Assembly: GCA_964575185.1 (NCBI GenBank) | Contig: CAZNPW010000001.1 | Span: forward strand, 54,081 to 118,080 | Length of the DNA: 64,000 bases | Reading direction: 5' to 3' | From: an uncultured Exiguobacterium sp. | GTDB taxonomy: Bacteria > Pseudomonadota > Alphaproteobacteria > Rhodobacterales > Rhodobacteraceae | In this document: positions 47,591 through 58,133 of the stretch, in pieces | Position numbering within the stretch: the first letter of the stretch is position 1 | How the letters are laid out: every line of letters begins with the position of its first letter | Program-made: the position numbers and the translations under genes | Notes under the pieces: generated by a model | The model's input: the letters and a program-made list of their open reading frames with translations, nothing else | Told to the model about the DNA's origin: nothing | Databases searched by the model: none

Positions 47591-47635
47591 CCGGTTCCTT
47601 CGAAGGAACCGGACCGGAACCTTCGAAGGTTCCGG
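47591..47635. repeat. REP family B: two 22-bp perfect palindromes
   Basis: CCGGTTCCTTCGAAGGAACCGG, then A, then CCGGAACCTTCGAAGGTTCCGG, lying between cysS and cimA. Confidence 0.7.
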
Positions 47636-47647
47636 TGTCGGCGCGGG

Positions 47648-49102
47648 TCACAGGAGGGCCTCAAGCTTTATCGGGTCGAATAGACTTGTGGGCTCCAGAT
47701 CGACTGTGCCGTCCTTCGCCATTCGCACTTCAACTCCAGCGCCAGCGAGGCGCTCTTTCATCAAGTCAATCGCTGCGAAGTCTCGTGTTTGTCGCGCCAT
47801 GGCATAGGCCACCGACATTCGGATGTGAAATGGATCGAGCAGCTCCCGATGTCCGGCGCGGTTCGTTCGCCGTCGCAGGAGGAGGTCGAATAGTCCCACG
47901 GCATCCAATGCGGAGGCTAGCTCGGTCGCTTTTGCATGAAGTGTGGCCGGGTCATTCGGACCAACTTCTCCACGCGCAATCTTCTCGAGCAATGATGCCT
48001 CACCGTGCAACGCTTGCAGGGCCCTGTAAGTGTCCAAGTCCTCGGAGAGCGAGTCACGGACGCCCTGCGGCAAGAAAGCTGCTCGTCCTGGCGGTGAAAC
48101 CCCGAGATCCGCGATGATCTTCATCGCAGGCAAAAGCGCATCAAGCCGGTTTTCCGCCTCCCGCGCCTTCGCCTCGGTCCAGTCCATCGGGCTGCGGTAG
48201 TGGGTCATCAGCATCACATACCGGATCACCTCGCCCGGCACGCCGCGGTCCAGCAGATCGCGGACGGTGAAGAAGTTGCCGAGGGATTTCGACATCTTCT
48301 TGCCCTCGACCAGCAGCATCTCGTTGTGGACCCAGATTCCGGCGAAGGGTTCGCCCGGGTGGGCGCAGCGGCTTTGCGCGATCTCGTTCTCGTGGTGGGG
48401 GAACTGGAGGTCGATGCCGCCGCCGTGGATCTGGAAGGCGCCGCCGAGCAGGTCGCGGGCCATCGCGCTGCATTCGATGTGCCAGCCGGGGCGGCCGCGG
48501 CCCCAGGGGCTGTCCCAGCCGGGCAGGTCGGGGGTGGAGGGTTTCCAGAGGACGAAGTCGAGCGGGTCCTCCTTGTAGGGCGCGACCTCGACCCGCGCGC
48601 CCGCGATCATGTCGTCGAGGCTGCGCCCCGAGAGCGCGCCGTATTCGGCGTAGCGGCGGACGCGGAAGAGGACGTGGCCCTGGGCCGCGTAGGCGAAGCC
48701 GTCGGCCTGAAGCCGGGCGATCATCGCGATCATCTGCGCGACGTAGTCGGTCGCCCGCGGCATGTGGTCGGGGGGCAGCGCGCCGAGCGCGGCCATGTCG
48801 GCGAGATACCAGCCGATCGTCTCGTCGGTGATGTCGCGGATCGGGCGGCCGGTCGCGGTGGCGCGCGCGTTGATCTTGTCGTCGATGTCGGTGAAGTTGC
48901 GGACGTAGGTGACGGCCCCGGCCCCGTGGACGTGGCGCAGGAGCCGGTAGAGCACGTCGAACACCACCACCGGCCGCGCGTTGCCGAGATGCGCGCGGTC
49001 GTAGACGGTGGGGCCGCAGACATACATGCCGATGCGGCCCTGCGCGTCGGGGAGGACCGGCTGTTTCGTCCTGGTCGGCGTGTTCCACAGCCTGATCGTC
49101 AT
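47648..49102 (-). CDS. cysS: Cysteine--tRNA ligase, with a compositionally atypical 3' module
   Basis: A HIGH-type motif (HLGN) and KMSKS are present. 484 aa. Confidence 0.9.
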   Translation of the reverse strand: MTIRLWNTPTRTKQPVLPDAQGRIGMYVCGPTVYDRAHLGNARPVVVFDVLYRLLRHVHGAGAVTYVRNFTDIDDKINARATATGRPIRDITDETIGWYLADMAALGALPPDHMPRATDYVAQMIAMIARLQADGFAYAAQGHVLFRVRRYAEYGALSGRSLDDMIAGARVEVAPYKEDPLDFVLWKPSTPDLPGWDSPWGRGRPGWHIECSAMARDLLGGAFQIHGGGIDLQFPHHENEIAQSRCAHPGEPFAGIWVHNEMLLVEGKKMSKSLGNFFTVRDLLDRGVPGEVIRYVMLMTHYRSPMDWTEAKAREAENRLDALLPAMKIIADLGVSPPGRAAFLPQGVRDSLSEDLDTYRALQALHGEASLLEKIARGEVGPNDPATLHAKATELASALDAVGLFDLLLRRRTNRAGHRELLDPFHIRMSVAYAMARQTRDFAAIDLMKERLAGAGVEVRMAKDGTVDLEPTSLFDPIKLEALL

Positions 49103-49296
49103 GGGCGGCCTATGTCGCAGGGGTGTCCCGCGCGGGTCCGGCTTCGGCGAAAGACAGGCGGCCCGCGACGGATCGTCAGCAGGGAATGCGGGAGGGGCGG
49201 ATGCGGCACGGTGCCATGGGCGGGGTGATACGGCACCGGCGCGCGGGTGCCAAGCGCCAATTGCATCCCCCCTGCCGCGCGCGCTATGCCCGGCCC

Positions 49297-49713
49297 ATGA
49301 CGACCGACATCATCGCGCGCTGCGAGGCGAAGGGCCTGCGCATGACCGACCAGCGCCGCGTGGTCGCGCGCGTCATCGGCGCGGCGGGGGATCACCCGGA
49401 CGTCGAGGCGCTGCACGCCCGCGCGGTGCGGGTGGACCCGCGCATCTCGCTCGCCACCGTCTACCGCACGGTGAAGCTGTTCGAGGAGGCGGGGATCCTC
49501 GACCGGCTGGAGTTCGGCGACGGGCGGGCGCGCTACGAGGACGCCGAGCGCGACCACCACGACCACCTGATCGACGTGGCGACGGGCGAGGTGATCGAGT
49601 TCGTCGACCCCGACATCGAGGCGCTGCAGGAGCGGATCGCGGCGCGGCTGGGCTACCGGCTGATCGGGCACCGACTGGAGCTGCTGGCGGTCAAGGCGAA
49701 GGGCGGGGCGTGA
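49297..49713 (+). CDS. irr: Fur family regulator, Irr-like
   Basis: 138 aa. It has a winged-helix region ([17 protein letters not shown]) and a DHHDHL His-rich motif, and it lacks C-terminal CxxC pairs. Confidence 0.65.
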   Translation: MTTDIIARCEAKGLRMTDQRRVVARVIGAAGDHPDVEALHARAVRVDPRISLATVYRTVKLFEEAGILDRLEFGDGRARYEDAERDHHDHLIDVATGEVIEFVDPDIEALQERIAARLGYRLIGHRLELLAVKAKGGA

Positions 49714-50558
49714 GCCGCCAGGAGGACCTGCGGGGCATCGCGCTGATGACCGCGGCGATGGCGGGATTTGCCGCCTCGGATGCGGGCCTGAAGGCGGTGT
49801 CGGGGGCGCTGCCGGTAGGGCAGATGCTGCTCGCCTATGGCGCGGGCGGGGCGCTGTGCCTGCTGCTGGTGGCGCGGGCGCGGCGGGTGGCGGTCTGGAC
49901 GCGCGAGGCCTGGCTGCCGCCGGTGGTGCTGCGCAACGCGGCCGAGATGGTGGCGACGGTCTGCATCCTGAGCGCGCTGGCGCGGATTCCGCTCTCGACC
50001 GCGACGGCGGTGCTGCAGGCGACCCCGGTGGTCTACCTGGCGCTGGCCGGGCCGGTGCTGGGGCTGCGGGTCACCGCGCGGCAGCGGGCGGCGGTGGCCT
50101 GCGGGTTGCTCGGCGTGCTGCTGATCGTGCGGCCGGGGCTTGCGGGGTTCGACGCGGGGGCCCTGTGGGCGGTGGGCGGGGTGGCGGCGCTGGCGCTGCG
50201 GGACCTGGCCACGCGGAAGGTGCCGGGGCGGGTGCCGACGCTGGCCTTGGCGGTCTGGGGGTTCGCGGCGCTGGTGCCGGTGGGGCTGGTCTGGACGGCG
50301 TGGGCGGGCAGCGTGGTGCCGGGGGTGCGCGAGCAGGCGCTGCTGGCGGTGGCGGTGCTGTGCGGGGTCGCGGCCTACCTCGCCGTCACCGCCGCGCTGC
50401 GGACGGGCGATCCGGGGGCGGTGACGCCCTTCCGCTACACGCGGATGGTGTTCGGGATGGGCCTGGGGCTGGCGGTCTTCGGCGAGGCGCCCGACGCGCC
50501 GACGCTGGCGGGCGCGGCGCTGGTCGTGCTGGCGGGCCTGTCGGTGCTGCGGCGATGA
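49710..50558 (+). CDS. DMT/EamA family transporter
   Basis: The GTG start overlaps the irr stop. About 10 hydrophobic helices. An alternative ATG lies at 49746. Confidence 0.7.
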   Translation: MSRQEDLRGIALMTAAMAGFAASDAGLKAVSGALPVGQMLLAYGAGGALCLLLVARARRVAVWTREAWLPPVVLRNAAEMVATVCILSALARIPLSTATAVLQATPVVYLALAGPVLGLRVTARQRAAVACGLLGVLLIVRPGLAGFDAGALWAVGGVAALALRDLATRKVPGRVPTLALAVWGFAALVPVGLVWTAWAGSVVPGVREQALLAVAVLCGVAAYLAVTAALRTGDPGAVTPFRYTRMVFGMGLGLAVFGEAPDAPTLAGAALVVLAGLSVLRR

Positions 50559-51433
50559 CCGACGACGGGCGCGGCGCGGCGCTGATGATCCTGGCCATGG
50601 CGACCTTCGCGGCCGAGGACGCCTTCCTGAAGCTGTCGGCCGCCGCGATGCCCGTCGGGCAGATCCTGCTCGCCTCGGGGGCCTTCGGGGCGGCGGTGTT
50701 CTGGGCGATGGCGGCGCGCCGGGGCCACCGGGTGCTGTCGCGCGACGCGCTGCACCCGGCGGTGCTGTGGCGCAACGCGGGCGAGGTGACGGGCACGCTC
50801 GCCTACGTCACCGCGCTGGCGAGCGTGCCGCTGGCCACCGTCGGCGCGGTGCTGCAGGCGATGCCGCTGGCGGTGACGCTGGGGGCGGCGGTCTTCCTGG
50901 GCGAGCGGGTCGGCTGGCGGCGGTGGACGGCGATCGGGGTGGGGTTCCTGGGCGTGCTGGTGGTGCTGCAGCCCTGGGGCGACGGCTGGCACCCGGCGGC
51001 GCTGTGGGTGGTCGTCACGGTCGCGGCGCTGGCGGTGCGCGATCTCGCCTCGCGGCGGGTGCCTGCGCGGGTGACGAACGTGCAGGTGTCGGTCTGGGGG
51101 CTGCTGTCCATCGCGGCGCTGGGGCTCGGGGTCATCGGCGTGACGGGCGAGGCGGCGCTGCCCGGCCCGCGGGGCTGGCTGTGGCTGGGGGGCGCGCTGG
51201 CCTTCGGCACGGTCGGCTACTGGGCGATCACGGCGGCGACGCGAGTGGGCGAGGTCAGCGTGGTGTCGCCCTTCCGCTACACCCGGCTGGTCTTCGCGAT
51301 CGGGATCGGCTGGCTGGTCTTCGCCGAGCCCGTGGGGCCCGCGACGCTGATCGGGGCGGCGCTGATCGTGGGGTCGGGCCTTTACGCGTTTCTGCGGCAG
51401 GCGTCTCTTTCGCGTGTCACGAAGCCGCGCTAA
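50555..51433 (+). CDS. DMT/EamA family transporter (paralog of the preceding gene)
   Basis: ATGA overlap with the previous gene. The PFRYTR motif is shared by both. Confidence 0.75.
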   Translation: MTDDGRGAALMILAMATFAAEDAFLKLSAAAMPVGQILLASGAFGAAVFWAMAARRGHRVLSRDALHPAVLWRNAGEVTGTLAYVTALASVPLATVGAVLQAMPLAVTLGAAVFLGERVGWRRWTAIGVGFLGVLVVLQPWGDGWHPAALWVVVTVAALAVRDLASRRVPARVTNVQVSVWGLLSIAALGLGVIGVTGEAALPGPRGWLWLGGALAFGTVGYWAITAATRVGEVSVVSPFRYTRLVFAIGIGWLVFAEPVGPATLIGAALIVGSGLYAFLRQASLSRVTKPR

Positions 51434-52735
<1,302 letters not shown>

Positions 52736-52770
52736 GGCGCGGGTCCGGGGACCGCTCCGGGCCATTGGGG

Positions 52771-53160
52771 TGCCCGCGTCCCGGCGGAGGTTGGGACCTC
52801 TGCTTCGCCGCTGTGAGCGCGGAGGCCCCGGCCTGCGCCGGGGCGCGGGGTTTTTTGGGAGGGGCCGCAAGTATGTCCGCGTCCCGGCGGAGGGACCTCT
52901 GCTTCGCCGCTGTGCGCGCGGAGGCCCCGGCCTGCGCCGGGGCGCGGGGTTTTTTCGAGGGGCCGCAGGAATGCCCGCGTCCCGGCGGAGGCCGGGACCT
53001 CTGCCCGGCCGCTGTCAGCGCGGAGGCCCCGGCCTGCGGCGGGGCGCGGGGTTTTTTTGGGGGAGGGGCCGCAGGAATGCCCGCGTCGCGGCGGAGGCCG
53101 GGACCTCTGCTTCGCCGCTGTCAGCGCAGAGGCCCCGGCCTGCGCCGGGGCGCGGGGTTC
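52771..53160. repeat. Tandem array of 4 composite REP family A units (about 98-106 bp each)
   Basis: Unit starts at 52771, 52874, 52972 and 53078. Each unit has hairpin GTCCCGGC-GGAG-GCCGGGAC and hairpin CCCCGGC-CTGC-GCCGGGG. Units 1-3 end in GGGGTTTTTT. Confidence 0.8.
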
Positions 53161-53209
53161 TGCGGCCCGGACCGGCGGGGAGGCCGGGCGCCGGAACGCC
53201 TGACGCGGA

Positions 53210-53593
53210 TCAGTCGCCCGACCGCACCCAGTCGCCATCCTCGGCCGACAGCGAGCGTTCGGCGGCGCGTTCGAGCCGCGCCCGGACGGCGTGCAGCGCG
53301 GTGTCGTCGCCGTCGTCGAGGCAGCCGCGCAGGTCGCCCGCGACGGCGGCGAAGGTCACCATGCCGAGATGGGTCGCCATCCGCTCCACCCGCCGGAGCT
53401 GGCGCGGCAGGTCGTCCCACAGCCCGTCGCGGAGCTGCGCCGCGACCGCGGCGGTGGCCGCGGCGAGCTCGGCGAGTGCCTTGCCGACGACCGCGTCGGC
53501 CGCCTGCGTTCCCAGGTTGCGATAGATCGCCGCGATCGGCCCGGCGTCCTGCCGCAGCCTGTCGCGCGGCTGCAGCCGCACCACGTTGTCCAT
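53210..53593 (-). CDS. Hypothetical protein
   Basis: 127 aa from ATG 53593, all-helical and Ala/Arg-rich. I recognise no motif. Confidence 0.4.
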   Translation of the reverse strand: MDNVVRLQPRDRLRQDAGPIAAIYRNLGTQAADAVVGKALAELAAATAAVAAQLRDGLWDDLPRQLRRVERMATHLGMVTFAAVAGDLRGCLDDGDDTALHAVRARLERAAERSLSAEDGDWVRSGD

Positions 53594-53706
53594 ATCCGTC
53601 ACCTCACACACCCGGGGCAAGCCTTGCGCGAAGTGCTGAAGAAAGCGTTGCGCCGCGCCGGGCCCGGCTTGGCAAAACCCGTCGAATTGTGCCAAACCCG
53701 CGGGCG

Positions 53707-54351
53707 ATGGAGCATGCGCGGCCCCTGCCCCCCACGCTGGTCAGCCGGTTCCACGGCTGGCGCGCGACAGCCTACCTGGACAACCGGGCGTGGTACCGCC
53801 GCCTTGCGCAGAACGGCCAGCACCCGCGAGCGATGGTGATCTCCTGCTGCGACAGCCGGGTGCATGTGACCGCGATCTTCGGCGCGGACGAGGGCGAGTT
53901 CTTCATCCACCGCAACGTCGCGAACCTGGTTCCGCCCTGCAACCCGGACGGGGAGTATCACGGCACCTCGGCGGCGGTGGAGTATGCGGTGAACGGCCTT
54001 GGCGTCGCGCATCTGATCGTCATGGGCCATTCGCAATGCGGCGGCGTGAAGGGCTGCCACGACATGTGTTCGGGCCAGGCGCCCGAACTGCTGGAGCGGA
54101 CGAGCTTCGTCGGGCGGTGGATGGACATCCTGCGCCCGGGCTACGAGCGGGTGCGCGACCTGCCGGAGGCCGCGCGCGTGGCCGCGCTGGAGCGCGAGGC
54201 GGTGGTGGTGAGCCTCGAGAACCTGATGACCTTTCCCTTCGTCGCGGCGGCGGTGAAGGACGACCGGCTGACGCTGCACGGGTTGTGGAACGACACCGGC
54301 GAGGGGACGCTGGAGCAGTATGTGCCGGGTCAGGGCTTCGTCGCGGTGTAG
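53707..54351 (+). CDS. Beta-class carbonic anhydrase
   Basis: CxDxR (SCCDSR) and HxxC (GHSQCG) zinc-ligand motifs. Confidence 0.85.
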   Translation: MEHARPLPPTLVSRFHGWRATAYLDNRAWYRRLAQNGQHPRAMVISCCDSRVHVTAIFGADEGEFFIHRNVANLVPPCNPDGEYHGTSAAVEYAVNGLGVAHLIVMGHSQCGGVKGCHDMCSGQAPELLERTSFVGRWMDILRPGYERVRDLPEAARVAALEREAVVVSLENLMTFPFVAAAVKDDRLTLHGLWNDTGEGTLEQYVPGQGFVAV

Positions 54352-54379
54352 GACGGGCAGGATTGCCCATCCTACGGGG
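54351..54379. repeat. REP family C: GGAyGGGC-N-GCCCATCC-TACGGG
   Basis: It fills the whole 20-bp spacer between the convergent beta-CA and lpxB genes and contains both stop codons. Confidence 0.65.
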
Positions 54380-55475
54380 CCAGGAGCGCGCGCGAGACCG
54401 ACTTTGCCGCCATGAGGGCCGGGGGCGGGCCGCCGCGGCCGAGCCGGTCCATCGTCAGGCCCATCGCGGCCACCTGCGCCGCGCGGGCCGGGCCGTCGGG
54501 CAGGAGCGCGGCGAGCGCGGGCGCGATGCGGTCGGGGCGGCAGGCGGGGCCGATGAACTCGGGGATGGCGCGGGTGTCGCTCACGAGGTTGACCAGCGTG
54601 ACGGTATCGACCAGCGCCATGCGGCGCATGAGCCAGAGCGTCAGGGGGTTCATGTCGTAGGCGATGACCATGGGCACGGCGTTGGCGGCAAGCTCCAGGC
54701 TGACGGTGCCGCTGGCGGCGAGCGCCGCGCGGGCGTCGGCGAAGGCCTGGCGCTTCTCGGCTGCGTCGGTGACGATGCGGGGCGGGGTGGGCCAGGCGCG
54801 GGTCAGGTCGCGGACGAGCGGTTCGACGGCAGGGACGGTGGGCAGCACGACGGGCAGGTCGATGCCCGCCAGCGCCGGACCGAAGACGGGGGCGAGGCGC
54901 GCGACCTCGGCGCGGCGGGAGCCGGGGAGGGCGAGGATGACCGGGTGGCCGGAGGGGGCCGCGCGGGGCTCGCTGACGACGGGGTGGCCGACGAAATCGC
55001 AGGTCATGCCGTGGGCGGTCATCAGCGGCGGCTCGAAGGGCAGGATGGCGAGCACGTGGTCGCAGTGCCGCGCCATGGCGGCGGCGCGGCCGGGACGCCA
55101 GGCCCAGACCGAGGGGGCGACGTAGTGGGCGATGCGGCGCGCCGGGTCGGCGGCACGCAGGGCCTTCTGGACGCGAAAGCTGAAGTCGGGCGAATCGATC
55201 GTGAGGAGCGGCAGGCCGGAGGCCGCGGCGGCGGCGGCGGTCTGGGCGATGCGGCGTTTCAGGGCCGCGTATCGCGGCAGGATTTCGGCCAGGCCCATGA
55301 CCGAGAGCTCCGCCATCGGGAAGAGGGTGGTCAGCCCCTGGGCGGCCATCAGCGGGCCGCCGACGCCGTGGAAGGCGATGTCCGGGTGCAGGTCGCGGAG
55401 CGCGGCCATGAGCGCGGCGCCGAGGCGGTCGCCCGAGGGCTCGCCGGCGGTGAGGAAGAGGCCTAGCGCGCCCAC
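54372..55475 (-). CDS. lpxB: Lipid-A-disaccharide synthase
   Basis: N-terminal TAGEPSGD motif. The in-frame GTG at 55475 overlaps the lpxI 3' end, and no upstream ATG is available. Confidence 0.8.
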   Translation of the reverse strand: MGALGLFLTAGEPSGDRLGAALMAALRDLHPDIAFHGVGGPLMAAQGLTTLFPMAELSVMGLAEILPRYAALKRRIAQTAAAAAASGLPLLTIDSPDFSFRVQKALRAADPARRIAHYVAPSVWAWRPGRAAAMARHCDHVLAILPFEPPLMTAHGMTCDFVGHPVVSEPRAAPSGHPVILALPGSRRAEVARLAPVFGPALAGIDLPVVLPTVPAVEPLVRDLTRAWPTPPRIVTDAAEKRQAFADARAALAASGTVSLELAANAVPMVIAYDMNPLTLWLMRRMALVDTVTLVNLVSDTRAIPEFIGPACRPDRIAPALAALLPDGPARAAQVAAMGLTMDRLGRGGPPPALMAAKSVSRALLAP

Positions 55476-56254
55476 AGGAAGAGGCCCGCGTCCTCTGCCG
55501 CCGCGATGGTGGCGGCGCGGTCGAGGAGGATGACGCCCCCCGCCTCCCAGGCGATGCCGCCGAGGCCCGCGCGGGCGGCGGCGGCGACGGTGGCGGGGCC
55601 GAGCGCGGGCAGGTCGATGCGGCGGTCCTGGCCGGGCTTCGGGGCCTTCCAGAGCAGGCCGCCGCGCGGCGCGGGGCGCAAGGGGGCCATACCGGCGACG
55701 GCGGCGAGCATCGCGTCGGTGCCCGGCAGCGCCTCGACCGCGAGGCAGAGACCCTGCTGGACCACCGCACCCTGCCCCACGTCGGCGGCCCCCAGCGCCG
55801 CGACGATGGTTGCGGCGCGGGTGGCGTCGTGATCGTCCTGTGGGGTGGGGGTGCCGCACAGGACGCCGGGACCGGGGACGAGGGCGGGCACCACGTCCTC
55901 GATGCCCACGACGGGCAGGCCTGCCTCCTCGAAGATCGCGATGGCCGCGCGCAGGGCGGCGTCGTCGCCTTGGGCCATTGCGGCGAGGAGGCGCGGGACC
56001 ATCTGGGCGGTCGCGGGGTCGAAGAGCGCGGGGTCGAGGCGGGGGCGCGTGACCGCGCCCGCGAAGACGACGCGGGTGACGCCGCGGGCGTGCAGGGTGT
56101 CGAGGAAGGGGACGAGACGTTCCAGGCGGAAGGTCAGGTCGGGGCGCAGGCCGTCGGGGGCGAAGCCCTCCATCGCCGCGACGAGGGGCGCGTCGAGCGC
56201 CGCCGCGATTGCCGCGGGCAGGCCGCCGCGGCCGGCGATGATCGCGGTGGTCAC
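55463..56254 (-). CDS. lpxI: UDP-2,3-diacylglucosamine pyrophosphatase LpxI (DUF1009)
   Basis: 263 aa. Its position between lpxA and lpxB is typical of alphaproteobacteria. Confidence 0.8.
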   Translation of the reverse strand: MTTAIIAGRGGLPAAIAAALDAPLVAAMEGFAPDGLRPDLTFRLERLVPFLDTLHARGVTRVVFAGAVTRPRLDPALFDPATAQMVPRLLAAMAQGDDAALRAAIAIFEEAGLPVVGIEDVVPALVPGPGVLCGTPTPQDDHDATRAATIVAALGAADVGQGAVVQQGLCLAVEALPGTDAMLAAVAGMAPLRPAPRGGLLWKAPKPGQDRRIDLPALGPATVAAAARAGLGGIAWEAGGVILLDRAATIAAAEDAGLFLWAR

Positions 56255-57033
56255 CGGCTGCCCTTGGGGGTGAGGAAGCTGCGGTCGCTGGCGGCCAGGA
56301 TGAAGGCCGCGATCTCGGCGACCTCGGGCACGGGGTCGGAGGCCAGCCGCCGGGCGCGGTCGAGGAAGCTGCCCTCGCCGCCTTCCAGCGCGTCGAAGGC
56401 GTGGCGGAGCGCGGTGATCGTCTCGCGGTCGAGGCCCCGCCGCTTCAGGCCGACGAGGTTGAGGCCGTCGAGCACGCCGCGGCCGGCCTGGACGAGGCCG
56501 AAGGGTATGACGTCGTGCGTGACCATCGTCAGCGCGCCGATCATCGCGCCGCGGCCGATGCGGACGAACTGGTGGATGCCCGAGAGGCCGCCGATCACCA
56601 CGTCGTCGCCGATGATGCAGTGGCCGGCGATGGCGGCCTGGTTGGCGACGACCACGCGACTGCCGACCTGCGCGTCGTGGCCGACATGCGCGCCGGTCAT
56701 CAGGAGCACGTCGTCGCCGATCCGGGTGACGCCGCCGCCGCCCGCGGTGCCGGTGTTGACGGTGGCCCCCTCGCGGATGCGGCAGCGGGCGCCGATCACC
56801 GCGCGGGTGCGCTCGCCCGCGTATTTCAGGTCCTGCGGGACCTCGCCCACCACCGCGCCGGGGAAGACGACGGTGCCCGCGCCCACCTCGGTCCAGCCGG
56901 TGACGATGCCGTGGGGTTTCACGACCACGCCGTCGCCGAGCGTCACCTCGGGCCCGATCACGGCGAAGGGGCCGATCCCGACCCCCTGCCCCAGCCGGGC
57001 CGCGGGGTCGACGATGGCGGCGGGGTGGATCAT
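56251..57033 (-). CDS. lpxA: Acyl-ACP--UDP-N-acetylglucosamine O-acyltransferase
   Basis: Hexapeptide repeats. The start [10 protein letters not shown] overlaps the fabZ stop. Confidence 0.9.
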   Translation of the reverse strand: MIHPAAIVDPAARLGQGVGIGPFAVIGPEVTLGDGVVVKPHGIVTGWTEVGAGTVVFPGAVVGEVPQDLKYAGERTRAVIGARCRIREGATVNTGTAGGGGVTRIGDDVLLMTGAHVGHDAQVGSRVVVANQAAIAGHCIIGDDVVIGGLSGIHQFVRIGRGAMIGALTMVTHDVIPFGLVQAGRGVLDGLNLVGLKRRGLDRETITALRHAFDALEGGEGSFLDRARRLASDPVPEVAEIAAFILAASDRSFLTPKGSR

Positions 57034-57497
57034 GCGCGTTTCGGCAGGTCGATCATGGCGGTGAACACCGCCTCGGCGGCCAGTTCGCCGCGGACGAGGG
57101 CGCGGCCCTCGAACTTCCACACCCGGCCGCCGCCGCGCAGCGCGGTCACGTGCATCTCCATCACGTCGCCGGGCACGATCTTGCGGCGGAACCTGGCGCC
57201 CTCGACGCCCATGAAGAAGACGCTGGCCCCCTTGTCGGCGAGGTCCATGGTGACGCCGACGAGGATGCCGGAGGTCTGCGCCATGGCTTCGACGATCATC
57301 ACGCCGGGGAGGATGGGCATTCCCGGGAAGTGGCCCTGGAACTGCGGTTCGTTGAAGGTGACGTTCTTGATGCCGATGCAGGACTTGCCCGGGACGATCT
57401 GCACGACCTTGTCGACCAGCAGGAACGGATAGCGGTGCGGGATGATCCGCATGATGAGCGCCAGGTCGGCCTCGGTGGCTTTGGGCTGGTCGTCCAT
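57030..57497 (-). CDS. fabZ: 3-hydroxyacyl-ACP dehydratase
   Basis: The [11 protein letters not shown]-type motif is present as [11 protein letters not shown]. Confidence 0.9.
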   Translation of the reverse strand: MDDQPKATEADLALIMRIIPHRYPFLLVDKVVQIVPGKSCIGIKNVTFNEPQFQGHFPGMPILPGVMIVEAMAQTSGILVGVTMDLADKGASVFFMGVEGARFRRKIVPGDVMEMHVTALRGGGRVWKFEGRALVRGELAAEAVFTAMIDLPKRA

Positions 57498-57555
57498 GCG
57501 TCGTCTCCCTTTGGCCGATCACCTACCCCGGCGCGGCACCATGCGCAACAAAGGG

Positions 57556-57582
57556 GGATGGGCGGATCGCCCATCCTACGGG
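57556..57582. repeat. REP family C copy
   Basis: GGATGGGC-GGATC-GCCCATCC-TACGGG. The TAG stop of the gamma-CA-like gene lies inside it. Confidence 0.65.
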
Positions 57583-58133
57583 TGCCGGTCGCCAGGATGG
57601 GCAATCTGCCCATCCCGTATCGGCGTCAGCCCGGCCCGGAAGCGGGCGGCGTTGGCGGCGTAGCCCGCGGCGCTTTTCAGCAGGCGCGCGCGGCCGGCCT
57701 CGTCGAGTTCCTTCACCACGCGACCCGGCGAACCCATGACGACCGACCCCGGCGGGATGACCTTGCCCTCGGTCACCAGCGCGCCCGCGCCGATCAGGCT
57801 TCCGGCGCCGATCACCGCGCCGTTGAGGAGGATCGCGCCCATGCCGATCAGGCAGCCGGATTCCACCGTGCAGCCGTGCACGATCGCGCCGTGGCCGATG
57901 GTCACGTCGTCGCCGATCGTCAGGGCCGCGCCCCAGTCGGAATGCAGCACCGCGTTGTCCTGCACGTTGACGCGCGCGCCGAGGGTGATCGGCTCGTTGT
58001 CCCCGCGCGCGACCGCGCCGAACCAGAAGGAGCAGCCCTCGCCCGCCGTCACCCTGCCCGCGACCTGCGCGTGCGGGGCGACCCAGACGGTCGGATGGAG
58101 CTGCGGCGCGGTGCCGTCGAGCGCGTGGATCAT
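57576..58133 (-). CDS. Gamma carbonic anhydrase family (left-handed beta-helix, YrdA-like) protein
   Basis: Hexapeptide repeats with conserved His residues. 185 aa. Its start overlaps the gmk stop. Confidence 0.8.
   Translation of the reverse strand: MIHALDGTAPQLHPTVWVAPHAQVAGRVTAGEGCSFWFGAVARGDNEPITLGARVNVQDNAVLHSDWGAALTIGDDVTIGHGAIVHGCTVESGCLIGMGAILLNGAVIGAGSLIGAGALVTEGKVIPPGSVVMGSPGRVVKELDEAGRARLLKSAAGYAANAARFRAGLTPIRDGQIAHPGDRHP
57595..57622. repeat. REP family C copy inside the 3' end of the gamma-CA-like CDS
   Basis: GGATGGGC-AATCT-GCCCATCC-CGTATCGG, which encodes the tail [10 protein letters not shown]. Confidence 0.65.

Noticed and set aside
52771-53160. A regularly spaced repeat array that could be mistaken for a CRISPR array.
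   Set aside because: The whole ~100-bp unit is repeated, so there are no unique spacers. The units are hairpin and terminator-like REPs that also occur singly elsewhere. No cas genes are present.
57576-58133. Whether the hexapeptide-repeat gene upstream of fabZ is a truncated lpxD. lpxD normally precedes fabZ-lpxA.
   Set aside because: At 185 aa, its sequence pattern is that of the gamma-CA/YrdA family. It lacks the LpxD N-terminal uridine-binding domain. lpxD is presumably elsewhere in the genome.
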